From the NCBI RefSeq assembly GCF_009914755.1, contig NC_060945.1: DNA of 64,000 nucleotides; one strand, written 5' to 3'. This DNA comes from the human T2T-CHM13v2.0 reference genome, Homo sapiens. The notes below the pieces were generated by a model. That model was not told the origin of the DNA. It worked only from the letters and a program-made list of their open reading frames with translations, and made no database searches. The stretch's first letter is position 1, and the number at the start of each line of letters is the position of its first letter. A program made the translations under genes and the position numbers. Positions 43,575-58,039 of this stretch are shown here, piece by piece.

Positions 43575-44023
43575 TTATGTTGTCTATTTTCTGTTTGCCC
43601 CTTTGGATTTCGTCTGTTGTCTTCTGTACTATGCACTTGCTTCACGAAACTGACTTGTACTTTTGCCAATTGAGATTGGCCAATGGTGAGCCAAGTCATG
43701 AGACCGAGGAGAAGAAAAAGGTCTGAGTATTTTTCTCCTAGCTCCCTGTTTGAGGTTGTGTCCTCATCTACTGTCGCTGCTCCCCTCTTCAGAGCACAGT
43801 CCACACAGCTCTTTATCCTCCTGGGTTCTGATAACCTGTTCTCCTATTGGTCCTTTGGACTAAGGGGTCGCAACAGCTTTTCTAGTGCTATCTCTGGTCC
43901 CTGACCTCTCCCTTGTGGTTCTTCTGTAGCTTGCCCAAAACTCTGTAATTAGTCCCTTTGTAAATAAGGTGTTATCTTAATTTGAGTGTGCCATCTGTTT
44001 CTTGTTGGGACCACTGGGAGATA
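43575..44023 (+). mobile_element. LTR33-like ERVL LTR
   Basis: ctaaggggtcgcaacagctt...tttgagtgtgccatctgtttcttgttgggacc. Confidence 0.75.
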
Positions 44024-45072
44024 TGGCACTCTGGGTCACAGACAGGAATGGGCATGCAAGGAGAGAGGAAATGGTGGCTTATTGCATAAGGTACTAAGGA
44101 TGCGTCTCATTTAGATCCTGGTCTTGCAATTCAGACCAGTCTTCTGTTTGGCTCTTTCTTTGGCCCCTGGAAGGCTGAAATAATGAAGGTCTGCTTAACA
44201 TAATCTCTGGCAAATCTGGTACTGGGTATGATCAATTGCTGTGTGATCACACAGGGAATCGATATAAGAGTCATATTCATATGTCAGGAGTAAGTCATGT
44301 CATTGCCTTTATCCATACTATCTGAATATCACCATTCAAATACACATAAGCTCTGTAAATTCACCTTGAAATAAATATTTTCTCATGTGTTTTATATATT
44401 GGAATCTTACAGAATGGTGTAGAACTGTAATTGCATATGGCTAGTATATGATGCTATATTAAATAATGATAAAATGCTTTAAATTTGTGTATACAATTAA
44501 TAGCTTTCAAACAGTTAAATATAAACTGCATTAATAATCAATCCAAATGTAAAGAAAATATGCTAAATCTAGATCACTTTAGGGCGAGCATCATATCCTT
44601 TTTAAGCCAAGCATTTGTTAATAAAAATTGAAATAATGCAAAGCCAGATATTAGGTTATGCCATAATTGTAATTCATATATTAATAGAATTGTTTAATAT
44701 ACTACTATTCTTAACATCAAATTAAACATCTTCAATAACTGTATTTAAATTATATGTAATTGTGTATATGGCCGTAGGTTTTTAAGAAAATATGCTGGGT
44801 TGGGATTCATTACATCTAGTGAGAATGAATTAAAAACATGATGCCAATTTTGTTTCCTCAAATTTTCACATAAAGGAAAAGTTCAAACCACATATAACAA
44901 CCTCCATGATCTATAATGTTGCATGCAGACAAATTTCATATAGACGTGCATTCCAGATTTTGTGTTTATGATTTCTTTCTTCAGGATAAAATATAGGGGG
45001 TTGTTGACTTTGACATTCAGGGCTTGGCAAACTTAGTTGAGCCTTTCCAGTCTTAAGAAGAGACATTCTTGG

Positions 45073-45344
45073 GGCCAGGAGCGGTGGCTCACGCCTGTAA
45101 TCCCAGCACTTTGGGAGGCCGAGGCAGGCGGATCACGAGGTCAGGAGATCGAGACCGTGTCTCTACTAAAAATACAAAAAAAAATTAGCCGGGCGTGGTG
45201 GCGGGCGCCTGTAGTCCCAGCTACTCGGGAGGCTGAGGCAGGAGAATGGCTTGAACTCGGGAGGCGGAGCTTGCAGTGAGCTAGATTGCGCCACTGCACT
45301 CCAGCCTGGGCGACAGAGCGAAACTCTGTCTCAAAAAAAAAAAA
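45073..45344 (+). mobile_element. AluY with ~23-bp left-arm deletion
   Basis: gagatcgagacc joined to gtgtctctactaaaa; TSD aagaagagacat. Confidence 0.92.
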
Positions 45345-46399
45345 GAAGAGACATCCACATTCTTAGGTACTGTTTTTCAGGCTTCAGGGATCATAGGTTT
45401 ACAATTTTGGTATTTAGCTAAATTATGTCAATCATTTTTTTTAGTTGTTTTTTGTTTGTTCTGTTTTTGTTTTTAGCAAATCTGGCCATACTTCCACTGA
45501 ATACAAGGATTACTTCGGAGAAGTTATACTTTGTAAGAAAATAGATTCTGTGTTTGAAAATATGATTAAAAAATTACCCCAATAGAAATATTTGGGAACA
45601 GTTATTGCTAGTAAATAAAACTGCCTTTAAAATTATTTTTATTATTGAAAAATTTCATCGAAAAGAATTTTGCTGTTCTCAAAGTTATGATGCAATTTAA
45701 AGTATAAGTGATTATTTTGGCCCAAAACCTATGAGAATTTTCTCTCCCTAATATGTCTATACCATCTGCTGGCTATTAGTGGCAATCAAACCCACAATAC
45801 AAAAAATCAAATTTTAAAAAACCACACTTTTTTCCTGTTAGTTCCCTGAGCTCTGTCACTACAAATATTGATGTGGCAAGGCTGAATATTTCTCTGAACA
45901 TCTATTTCAAATTGAAACTAAATGCCTGTGCCAGAATGACTTTATCTGGGATTTGAGCCTGTGTGTGCCTGACATCTAAAGCAACTGCTCTCTGCTTTCT
46001 CTTCTGTTTTCTCTATGTTTATATGGTTCAGTGATTGTGCCACCTGCCCCTCCTTCATTGCATCCTGCACTGAGATCTACCATGACTCTTTACCAAGTGC
46101 ATTTAAGGTGTCTGGCCACGTGTTTCTGAAAATCAGCTACCGATGTATGAATGGTAAAAAACATGATAATATTATTTCTTCTGAGTTTATACGTATATGG
46201 CTTGTGTGCATGGAACAGCAATTCCTGGTTTAAAAATGGCCACTCTATTTACTTATTTTATCCAAGAGACCATATCGTAAAAGCAGGGAATACAAACTCA
46301 AAAGCCAACGAACACCAACACAGTCACCCAGCCACACCAACAACAAATAGGTAGGGATGCAAGGACTGGGGGTGGGAAATGGAAACCACAACTACCCTG

Positions 46400-46568
46400 C
46401 AACGACTTTCTACTCAAAGCATGGACCTAGGACCTGTAGCATCGGCAGCAACTGGACATTGATGGAAATGCAGAATCTCAGGCCCCACCCCAGAATCACT
46501 GAATCAGAATCAGCCTTTCACAATCTTCCTAGTAATGTGTGTGCACATTCAAGGTTAAGAAGCACTGC
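46400..46568. mobile_element. MER5A (hAT-Charlie)
   Basis: gaaatgcagaatctcaggccccaccccaga...actgaatcagaatc...gaagcactg. Confidence 0.85.
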
Positions 46569-46899
46569 TTTTCTCTTATCTATTGTTGTCAGATATGCTG
46601 ACTTTTTAAAATATTAAAAATATGCAGGTTTTTAATGGAGAAGGTCTTAATTTTAAAAACATTGTCTAATTCAGCTTTTTTTTAAATACTTTCTGGGAAC
46701 ACTAAAACATACTGAAAATGTCAATAGGCCTAGGGGCCCATTAGTTTTAAAAATCTGCATGTCAAAGAGTGAATATGAATATGGACAGTTTTATTCTTGT
46801 TATTTTCTGGGAATAGTGACATCTAAACAAAACTCTTGATGATAAAAAAGCAAGCATTGCCATCAGTAGATATATCTTACTTCCTTTTCAAGAAATATC

Positions 46900-47519
46900 C
46901 CTTGCCTATTTTAGCTATAATGCTGCCTGCCTTCACCACTCTGCCCCCAGTGTGTATATCTATACAGCAGCTAGAGTGTCTCATTTAAAACTTAAGTTGA
47001 AACGATTCGTTTCTCCAGTGGCTTCTCTCTTTCCTACTCAGGAATAAAAGCCAGTACCTTACAAGCTATTTGAGAGCACCTCACTTAGTTGTTCTTTTGG
47101 AAATGTATGTCCAGCCACCCCTGCAAGCTTGCAATTGCTTCAACCCTCTAGACAAACTCTGCCTCAGTATTCTCGCCTCAGATATGTGCCAGGCTTGCTG
47201 TCTTACCTATCCCAATCTGTTTCTCAAATGTCATTTTAAGAATCTGAGCTTCCCTGATGAAAACCATAAATCAATAGACCACAACCCCACCCCTAAATTC
47301 TCCTCATTAATGCTTTTCTTCAGAGCATTCACTACCATTGGATGTCTGTAAGTTATTTCACTGATTTATTTGTTTACTTGAAGTCTTTTGCCACCAGAAT
47401 GTTAGTTATTTGAAAGAAGAGACCTCTGGTCTCTTGTTCATGTTGTTTCCCCAATCTGAGTTCGATGCTTGGCACATACATAATTGGTTCTCAATACTGT
47501 GTGTTGCATGAATGAATGA
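46900..47519 (+). mobile_element. L2a 3' end
   Basis: acagcagctagagtg...ggaataaaagcc...tcttgttca...ttggcacata...atgaatgaatga. Confidence 0.8.
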
Positions 47520-47834
47520 TATCCAAGCTTAAAAACTACATGACACTGCTCACTGAGGTTTTTGTTTGTTTTTATTAGTAGTACATAATTGAAGGTGATT
47601 TTATTATGTAATTATATAGTTCTGCTGTAGCTTATTATTACAGTCTTTTTTTATTTTATGCATTAGATACACAACCTACTTCTGGGTTATTTATTTTTCT
47701 GCCATCTTGGAAATTTTTCATCCCTATTGCTCACGTCCAAATGTGCCTGTAGCAAATCTTTTTTTCAATTTTTTTAATTGACACACAAAAATTGTCGATG
47801 TTCATTAAAGTACATAGTGATTTTTTAATACATA

Positions 47835-47986
47835 TGTATTAGTATGTTTTCACGATGCTGATAAGACAAACCCAAGACTGGGCAATTCACAAAAAAGGTT
47901 TAATTGGAATTACAGTTCCATGTGGCTGGGAAGGCCTCAGAATCATGGCAGAAGGCAAGGAGGAGCAAGGCCTGTCTTACATGGAT
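47835..47986 (-). mobile_element. THE1 (MaLR) LTR fragment
   Basis: tgtattagt...tgctgataagac...agttccatgtggctggg...ggcaaggaggagcaag...tcttacatggat. Confidence 0.85.
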
Positions 47987-49699
47987 AAGGATTACATGGA
48001 TCCTTTACTGAGGATAACAAATATGATTCCAGGTTCTACTCAGTTATTAATCTAAGAAAGAGATTTGAAACTGTACAATACTTTCAAGTATACTAATTAG
48101 CCTCATAATTACCTGAAACCAAAATAGAGCAATCATATATCTTAAAATATAGAATGTAATTTATTCCTGTAATTAAGTTTCAATATTAGAAAATAGTTTT
48201 TTTAAAAAATACTCTTCCTTTGACTTTTTTTAAATAAAATGCTGTGAAAATGTTCACAGCGACATCTTGAAAGCTAATATTCATTTTTGTACTCTACATT
48301 AAGTAGGGGCTCGGTTTTAGATACCTCTGTTTTTAGTACTTAAAAGAGGGCCTGACAAAGTTGGTGCTTAATAAATATTTGAAAATAAACAAATGAATGA
48401 ATCAATGAGTGAATTTCTGTTAGAAATATTTATTTGTGTATGGAATGGATAGACCTTGTACAAAGTTCTCCGTGATACATGAAGAAATTGCCTGTGATCA
48501 CAAGGGTCTGTTTATTGAAATGAAATAGGTGAATGGTTGGAACTCTTGACTAAGAGTTACTTAAAATATACTCTCCTCAGCTTTGTTAAACAGTTTTATG
48601 TGGTAGATACAAAACTTCAAAGGGAGGAAAACTCTGAAATATCATTAATCTACTCTAATGATTTATGAATTTAAGTAGACTTCTTATAATATTTTCATTT
48701 GGGTGGAGTATAAATTTAAATACTAAAAATAATTATGCATATTTATTTTATCTTTATATAATACAAATTCTATGGCTAGTTTAGAAGAATTTACTGAATG
48801 AATAATATTATTAATTTTATCTGTCAGTTATACACATGAATATTTATTAGCATGAATAATTATTTTTATTTTAAACAATGGTGACTCATAGAAACTACCT
48901 GCTTTGATACTAGTAGAAGCCACACAAGTGAGTTACATTTTTCTGAATACTAATATTATGTCAACTGAATATCAAATTGTTGACAAAATATTTCTAAGTG
49001 GAAAACAAAATATGAAGACAAAGGAGTGAAATACGCTAGAAAATCTAGGACAAGAACTTGAGTGTCTTGATTCCTAGCTCAGACATATATATAAATGTGA
49101 TACATAATTACATACCGTAGACGTGTTTCAAAGATGTTGAAATGCTACATAGCTCAATTAGTATATAATATAAAATAATAATGTATTTATATCTCTTTTA
49201 TAAATATTTTTCTGTGAATGTCATTTGTTAAGCAAAATTTTATTAATAATTATACAAAATATTAGAACAAAGCTAACAATGTAAGTTTTCAAATGTTCTA
49301 CAGAATTTTTGCAACAATGAGTGGAATATCAGTAACCTGACATTGCCTGAGTCTTTTTAAATTTTCTCATGAGCTTCATAACTTCGTCAAACCCAAAGAG
49401 ATCAGTAAATATAGGGATCAGAGGAAGATCAAGAAGACAATTTGTTATGTCCCGGTAAATTATTTAATAAGAATAATAAATTGGGTCAAGGTTTGAATAA
49501 GGTGATGCTTAAGAACAGGCAAAGGATGTGAATGACAGGAAGGCAGACAGAGAGTCTGCCAACTGTCTCCTGTGTGGAGACGTCTTTTGTCTCTTCACCC
49601 TTTTCTGCCTCCTGGAAATAGACTACCTCTTCTTCAGGGAACTGTCCCTTTATCTTGTCTCATTAGGGATCCCAGTTACAGATGCTATTGGACATTGTC

Positions 49700-50575
49700 A
49701 TTAATCCAAGAGCGAGCATGTGCAATTCACTGCCATCCTCAAACCTCTCGTCTTCTAACATTTATGTCTGTGAACAGCGAGTCCATTCATCCGTTGTCCA
49801 AATTGACATCTTGGCATTATCCTTGACATCACCTACTCAAAAAATGTATTAACAAATCAGGCAGATTTGACCTGTTAAAGAAAATTGTCTTTGGTTACCA
49901 TTCACTATTTTTCCATCTTTAAAACTTGCATCACAGGGTAAGCCACCATGCTGTAGTAACCTTGTAACTGTCCACATCCATTCTAGAATTGCAGGTGTGA
50001 TTATACCAGATTTTTTCTGCTTAAAAAAATAGTGACTTCTCATTAGTCTTGGGGTGAAGTCATAAGCATCTTAATGTAACAGTAATTCCCTTGATGTTCT
50101 TTGTCTGCAGTGCCTCATTTCTGCCTCCAAACCCAGCAGCATCTTTCTCTTTGTTACTGACATTGGAGTCTAGGCTCTAAATTACTGCCCTTTTTTCCAG
50201 TCCTTTAGTTTTTTCATTTGTGCTTCTTTGCCTAGAATGCTCACACTTTCCTTCTTTTGTTTACATTTTATCTAAAGTGTAATTTTCTCAAGGAAACATT
50301 TTCCTCAAGTAAATTTCTCTGAGTGGGTCAAATGCCTCTTTTCTAAGAATTCTCGTCAAATTGGTAATTGCAAATTTATATTTATTTTGTTTCCAGGGAT
50401 ATGTTCATGTCCATGAGAGGAGATCCAGTGTCTCATTTTGACACAAATTGTGTACTTAATCTTGATTATATATTTGATACACTCGATGCTAGGGAACTGC
50501 AGTTGAATACCAGGCTGTACATGCTGAATATTGAAAAAAATCAGAACTTGAAAATTAAAATTTGTTGATGAATGA
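49700..50575 (+). mobile_element. Degenerate L2
   Basis: scattered L2 motifs ending in tttgttgatgaatgaa. Confidence 0.55.
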
Positions 50576-50834
50576 AAACAAAATTCAAATGTTTGTCAGT
50601 CTTATATACACAAATATCCATTGGAAATGAAAGAGAAATCAAATTGTTTGAAAGACATGCAAACAACATAGAAAATACATTATCAACTGGATAGTTCAAG
50701 AAGGAAATGTACCAGGAAAAAGATGGAAATAGTATGCCCTAAAACATCCTTCAAAAAAGGTGATATAAGGACAGTTAATCTTTGAGCATTTTTGGTTACC
50801 TAAAAGCTAAACAATATACTCAGACATTGAGTAT

Positions 50835-50908
50835 AATAATAGTTTATCTAGAAGATAAACTATTTATCTAGTTTAAACTATGATTTATCTTCTAGATAAA
50901 CTGTTATT
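50835..50908. repeat. Inverted repeat, 25-bp arms with 1 mismatch
   Basis: aataatagtttatctagaagataaa (50835-50859) / tttatcttctagataaactgttatt (50884-50908). Confidence 0.92.
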
Positions 50909-52680
50909 TAGAATTGCATGTGTAATTCAATAAATTGAAATTTTACTGGAGTAAAGCATTTAATGTGATTTTATGAATTTCAGTTATGTCAACATTTCTA
51001 AATACGTTCTCAGAATAAATGTATGTAGTGTTTTGAACTGTAAAAATCATGTATATTTACAGGGATAACTTTCTGCAAGGATTTTAGACATGACATTATA
51101 GGAAGGCTTACATAACGATGTAAGTGGGTCATATTTAAAGACTTAATACTCAAAAGGTAGATTACCTATGAAGATTTAAGAAAATTTGAATTAAACATTT
51201 CTAATTGAAAAAATTCCATGGGGACATTAATCACAATCAGTGCATAATGAAGAATATTGGTATATATTAAAAGCATAATTGTTGACTTTTAAAAGAGTTT
51301 TAAGTTCCTCTGAACATTGATGTTCACTAAACTGGAGTTAATTAGTTAGCTTTCTCTATATATAGATTAGTTAATAGTTGATTAGTCAAGTATTATAAAT
51401 ATTCCCAGAAGTGGTGCTGCTGTCTTACAGTGTCTTCAAGAAATGTGAAGTCAAGTCAGGTTATGGCTTATGTTTTTAAGTAGTAAATTATGTATCAGTT
51501 CTAAAATAGAGTTCAGCTTAATTGTTAAATAGTATAAATCAGCAAATTGATTCCTTCAATGCATATGTGCTCCAGTTTAATTTTCATTTGTGGACACATT
51601 TTCAACGCAAATCACAGGTGACCTTAATCCAAGGAAGAAATCCAAGGAAAAAATTTATACACATACATACCAGAGACTGTTGATAATAAAACTGAAGTGC
51701 TAGTGTAATTGATTATTGATTATGGTAAATGTATGTAATATTGTAAAAGTGATTTAAAGTTACATCTTGATCTGTCATCTTTCTGTCTATCTATCTAGCT
51801 AGCTACCTATCTTTCTATCTAAAGACACAGATAATTTTACCTTTTTAAAAAAAAAAGCAGGAAAAAACATCTTGGAGGAATACAGATGAACTGCATGTCC
51901 AAAAAGTAAGTATGGAGGAAAAATAAGTAAGTGAGGCTAAATAAGTTCTTTAAGGAAGAAAAGATGATAAGATACTTTAAATATATGCTTATTTTTATAA
52001 GGAATAAAGATATTGAATACCTCAGAAAAAATAACTAGAAGCAAGGACCTGTGAATATAATAAAAACAGTAAATTCGGAAAATACTGAGTATTTGATTAT
52101 CACCTATTTTGGAAAAATTGCATATCAACTTTTACTTTCATATTTCTCAGAACTACTAGCTTTCATGAAGTGTCTTTCAGTGAGCTGTGTTTTATTTATC
52201 TCCCTTTATATTATGAATCTAGCCCAGTACCTGATGCAGAGGAACCGTTAAGGGTTGGCTGTTGAATATTACTATATGTATCATTTTAAGTGAATTGCGA
52301 ATGAGAGATAAGAAAGAAGAAACTATTGAGTCAGATATGTATCAAAAGTAATAAGAACAGAACATCTGTTTATGAGAAACAGGAAAGACCTCAATTACCC
52401 TATGGGACTATCCATGGAGAGCCTTCATTTATTTTGTCTTTGTCTTTCAGAAAACCTCTTAACTATTATTGTTAATTTCAATTAATACTTCGGATAATGC
52501 CACACATTCTTGTGAGCAAGGGTAACCTTGCTAGGTTCTTCCAGTTTTCTTTATTTTGGAAAAGATAAGTTGTTGACTTTAAATGCTATATATATATTTT
52601 TTTAATTTCCAAAGTGCTTTATTTGCATATGTGAATTTATTACATTTTCACTAGATATTAACGATCTCTGAAAGTGCATA

Positions 52681-53790
52681 CAGACAGCCCTCACTTTGCA
52701 CAGTAGTGGATTGTTAAAGTGGCAGTGCAAATTAAAACTGTGTAAACAAATCATTTGAAAACTTACAATTGTTCTGTGACATTTAAAATTCGTATCAAAG
52801 CATTAAAACATTTATTCCTCTTAGAAATGTGTAGAAAGATAAAAAACAAATATGTATTTAATACTCTAAAACATTAGAAATATTGAGAATTAAAATGTTT
52901 TTTTCTCTGTAAAATTCTTATCAATAATAGTTGAAGTAGTGTTTTCCTTCTCCTAGTATCATTTATTATTGGTACCACAAGCAAGAATCTTTTCTATGCC
53001 TTGTTCGATGGTTATGTATCTTTCTAAGTTTGGATCAGCTTCCAACATTTTATTCTTTACTCTTTTAATATCATGGAATATCTGCAAGCGTTTATTTAAT
53101 GTTTTTGTGTGTGTGTGTGTTGGTGTTACTTCATCTGGAATGTTTACGTCTTTATTTGCAAGTGTTTATTTAATGTTTAGTTTTTTTGTTGGCGTTACTT
53201 CATCTGGAATGTCTATATCTTTATTTGTTACAACCGGATTTCTCATTTATGCCAATGTCAGCCTTAACCAATTTTCTCTGACTTTCTATCTTAAAGCCTC
53301 TGTAATGGAGACAGTGTCAACATCCCTAAGCCAGTTATTTCTTCCATAACTCCATTTACCTTTGATTTCAATTTCACTTACAGCATCATCATTTTAGTTT
53401 CTCCCTTGAACTTTTATTTTTGTCGGCCAATTCCTTCTTTCATTATACGTTTTTGGTAAACATCACGTGGGTTTTTCACTGGGAAACAAAGAGGTAAGGC
53501 AACCACAGGCTTTCCCTTCTGCACGTGAATTGAATACATGCTCAGCAGCCAATCAAAAACAGACTATGAAGAAGTGAGGTGATTGGTCATCGGTCATGAT
53601 AAGCATCTGTTATTTACATAATAATCCATGTGCTGAAGAGTTAGCAGTGAAGTTTATACTTTATGCCAGTATAGTCAATATACCATAGTAACTGAAAGTT
53701 GAAATGTGTTATGGGAAGCAGGTATTATTTCACTAAACAGTGGAAACGAGTTTCATGCATTTTAGAACTGCAAAATTGAGGACTGTTTTT
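52681..53790 (-). mobile_element. Tigger6-like (TcMar-Tigger) DNA transposon, internally deleted
   Basis: TA then cagacagccctcactttgcacagt, and actgcaaaattgaggactgt at the other end (TIRs); minus-strand transposase remnant LEADPNLERYITIEQGIEKILA. Confidence 0.8.
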
Positions 53791-54384
53791 ATTATTGGTT
53801 ATGGATATTGGTCATTTTATTATATGTGGACAAATGTAAAACTACATATTTTTTTAACAGAGATACATTTTTTATATGCTTACTATTTTAAATATAGACT
53901 TGCTATATTTTATAACTGCATAAAAATTTCAATAAATGGTCCTATTTACACTGCACAAACTTGTATACATAACAGATATCTGCTGAATGAGCAGAAAAAA
54001 CAAGCTGGCTGTTTCAGATCCACCAAGGCTGTTTTGTGCAAGAAAGTGTCTGCAGCTTTGTAGGTCCAGAAACACTGTTACATCAGGACACTCATTGTTT
54101 ACCAGACCTTCTGAGATTGTTTTATTCTAATCAAAAGAGCAAGAAAGCAATTGATAAGCTGGATAAAAATTTTGAATTGACAATCACAAATATAACCCAG
54201 AATTGAACAAACGTTCTGTGGTTGGTTTATAGGACATGCTTTCCCAAATAGGAACCCCAGTTCTGTCTTCAGCTGATGATTTGAAGGGCTTGAATCAAGA
54301 GTAAAAATGTGAGTAAATGTTCCTATTTAATAGCTCTCTTGAGAGGAACTATGCTTAATACCTTAAAGCCCATATTCTAAGGTA

Positions 54385-54708
54385 ATACATCCCAATGATA
54401 GCCATTAGCCATATCTATATGATATGACCTGATAGCATGAACTATCAAGCACTTGAAATTTGGCTAGTTGCAATTGATATGTAACTGCTGGATTTCGAAG
54501 AGTACTACGAAAAAGCAAAAAGCTAATGTAAAAGCTTCAATAATTTTTTCTTGAGCATATGCTGGAATTATATTACTCAGATATATTGGTCTAAATACAT
54601 ATATTATTAAAATTAATTTCATATATATATTTTTACTTTTAAAAATATGGCTACAGAAAACTTAAAATTGCATATGTGGCTCACATTGTGTTATCAGGCA
54701 GCATTGCT
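54385..54708 (+). mobile_element. MER33 (hAT-Charlie)
   Basis: agcacttgaaatttggctagt...ctggatttcgaaga...ttaaaattgcatatgtggctcacatt. Confidence 0.8.
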
Positions 54709-57700
54709 TTACGGCCCATAATGCCTTTGTTCAAATCCTAACTTCACAATTTATTTACTCTACAATGGACCTGGTACTTAACCTCTCTGTTTCTATAAAG
54801 CAATAATTTATAGTAATAATAATGTATTATCAATAATATAGAAATTAATTTAAATCAGTTAATAATAACTATTAAGCACGTACATACATTGACAGTTGAG
54901 CACTGTCAGTTATTATTGAGTATTGATTAGTACAGGAAATGTGCTAAACATATTCTTTCTGTGAAACTTTTTTTGCATATTTTGTTCTCTAATAACTAGC
55001 TTCATTTGCTCTTTCTAGACATATTGCTATATGATTGGGTCAGATTACGCCTTCTTTACATCAGCCAAATCAAAGCTTGTTTTCATAAGAATACACACAG
55101 GACTGTTTGAAAGTGTTGAAACACAGCCCACTTTCATCACCAACATGTCTAGACTTCAACATGAACGAGTTTATGCACAATATTTTTTGTTTACTTCTAT
55201 ACATGACTAATCTTATCCATTGTGTATGTGTATAAGTGTGTAAGTGCATACAAGCATATGTTTTAATTGTTTCTTTCATTATTAGAGGATGGCCTTTTTG
55301 TGACTAAAGAAAGGAAACTTTTTCTTAGCCAACTAAGAAGTGATTAAACTATCTTATTATCTAGTATCAAAAATAATGTAGAATTTACATTAAATATAAT
55401 ATTAAATTACAATATGTAAATATTAAATGTAATTTTATATATAAGAATTTAGGTTTAATACAAGTATGTGATTCTAAACTTTCTATTGCATTGCCAATCA
55501 CAGGTGTTCTATAAATCATTACAGGTTTATCAACTGAAAGTTCTAAATTTTAGATCTATTTTAAAAATAAATTTTAGTATAGGAAATAGTTTCTAAATAT
55601 GGTTGTATTAACTAGACTTCTGTTAATAGACTACATTCATTTATGCTTTATGTTAGTACCTCTCTGTTAAATATCTTGAGAAATCAATTCTTTTAGACAT
55701 TGTAATATTATTTTGCATTTCTTTGGCATAAGTGATGAGCTGTGTATCAATATTTCCTTTTGGGGCTTTATTTAATGTGCATTCATCATCCTACAACTAG
55801 AAAATAATTATCATTCAAAATACCAGTTTCTCTGTAGACTATAATGTTTCTATATAGTTATTATTCTCCAAGTCAGGGTTTATAATATAGTCTGAACAAT
55901 ATATTGTTTCATATGTAGCCATACTAATTTTTCTGTATTGTCATTGAGAACACAGATTGTCCCAGCTTTTATCTCATTATATATTTTTTCTGTTTGAAAT
56001 ATTTTCATCCTGATGTTATTGCTGTCTCTTCTACAAATACTCTGCTCTCCTAATTCATTTTAGTTCCATCGCATGGTATTTAATTTACCTATTAATACTG
56101 TGTCATGGGTCCTCATCCAAAGCTTTTCTAAAGTCTAACTAGACTTTATGAATTGAATTTGAATTATTTTGGCAGTAATAACTTCAAAGCATTGTAATAG
56201 GTTTGTTAAGCATGACCTCCCCTGCCTGAATTCATGCTGGCTATAATTAATCAAGTTATGCTTTACCAGGTGCGCATTTGCCATGCTCCTAAATATGTTT
56301 CCATGAGTGAAATTCTACAGTGGATGTTAACGTTTGTCACTCCTGATTCATCTTCTGCTGTTCATTTTATAACACATTCTGTGGTTTAAGTATTCATTTA
56401 ATGAGCTAATAATATTTCACTTAGTAATAGGAGAATATATTATTTATTCCAGTTGAAGTTACTACTTATTGTAACTGAAATTCCCCAAAAGATTTGATCT
56501 TAACTATATCCTTAAACTCTAAATTATTATAATGAAAAAATAGGACAATAATTATTGCAAAGTATAGTGTTTTTCCAGCATTCAAAAGCCCATTTCGTTT
56601 TTTTCAAATTTCTTTTTATTTTTCATCATTTAACAGAAATGAAGGACATTTAAAGCACATTAAAAGACAAAGGAAATGGCAGCTTCTGTAGTAACATTTA
56701 TCTAAATGATGAAGTATCATAATCAATCACAGAAAGATCATACTTTGTCCTTAGATTCTGCATTGGAGTCTACAGATAATGGAGAATTATTACAGTTGTA
56801 GCAAATCTTAAGATGTACTTAATTTTACAAGTTAAGAAAATAAAATTTAAGTTATTTATAATCTGCTAGAAAAAAGGCACTATGACATATGAAATTGATA
56901 TTTTGTATTGTTATATATGATTATTATTTAGCTTTGTGACAGAAACTACTAAGAGCACAGAAAATAATATCCCATTTTGTTGTGAAATTTAAATCAAATT
57001 CAAAATATTTTTTCTGTTGAAAACTGTATTATTTTCCAGGTGCAAATGATGGAATAAAAAATGTGTAGCCTTAGAAATAAAAAAAAGTACAAATATATTT
57101 CTGAGGCTAAGTTTATTCAAATTGGAATTCTTACTAGTAATTTATTTCATTTTCATAAAGATTAATTAACTCGATTTTGTATAATTAATGAATAATGATA
57201 TTTACAACATGAATTTTTTTCCCCATGACAATGCTGAAATCTTCAGTGTTCTTTGATTTCTTAGCTATTTTCAGGAGGGAATGAGTATTTTATTAATTGA
57301 ATGCATGATTAGGCATTACTCAGTAGATATTTTAATAGATAAAATATTTTGTCTATTTGCCTCACACAAACATGCATTACACAGACATTCAGATAATAAT
57401 AGTTACGTTGTAATTTATACTAATATATACTCATGTTTTTACATTTCTCAGAATTGTGACACTTTTAAATCTAAATTTGTTAAAATGACAAGGCAGTGTT
57501 AAATCACTGTAGGTTTTTCTTATTATTATGGCGAAATACAATGAAAAGAATTTAGCTAGTCGAATATCTCTTTCAGATAGGCACATCTGAGAATTTAGTT
57601 TTATGAAGTTGAATGTACTACACATATATATGGAATTTACTTTTACAAAATTGAAGGTACACATATTATATAGTTTTAAACTATTGTTAGTTAATTATTA

Positions 57701-58039
57701 TTGGATGAATACATTTATTTCATTTTGATATTTGGGGCTTTGATGTTTCAGAAGTTAACCTTTGGAAACCTAATATTTATAAAAATGTGCCTTGGTATTA
57801 CTATGTAAACCCAAATTTAAAGATATATAATGTCAAAATTTTAATGTCACTGTATCTCTCAACTGTAAAAGCCTATTAGACCTTTTTTCTGTATCTTCAT
57901 AATAGAATAGTTTTGTTACGTGATGCAGTTTTTGTGTGAATCTTCAGAGAATCACTTTTATTATTCTTACTGAAACCTCATATTATATTAAACATATCCA
58001 AATACATTCCAGAAGGAACACAGTTAATTCTTGAATTTT

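Noticed and set aside
55380-55445. AT-only quasi-palindromes, and short 7-8 bp hairpins elsewhere (22878, 48241, 49542, 51312)
   Set aside because: Expected by chance at this base composition.
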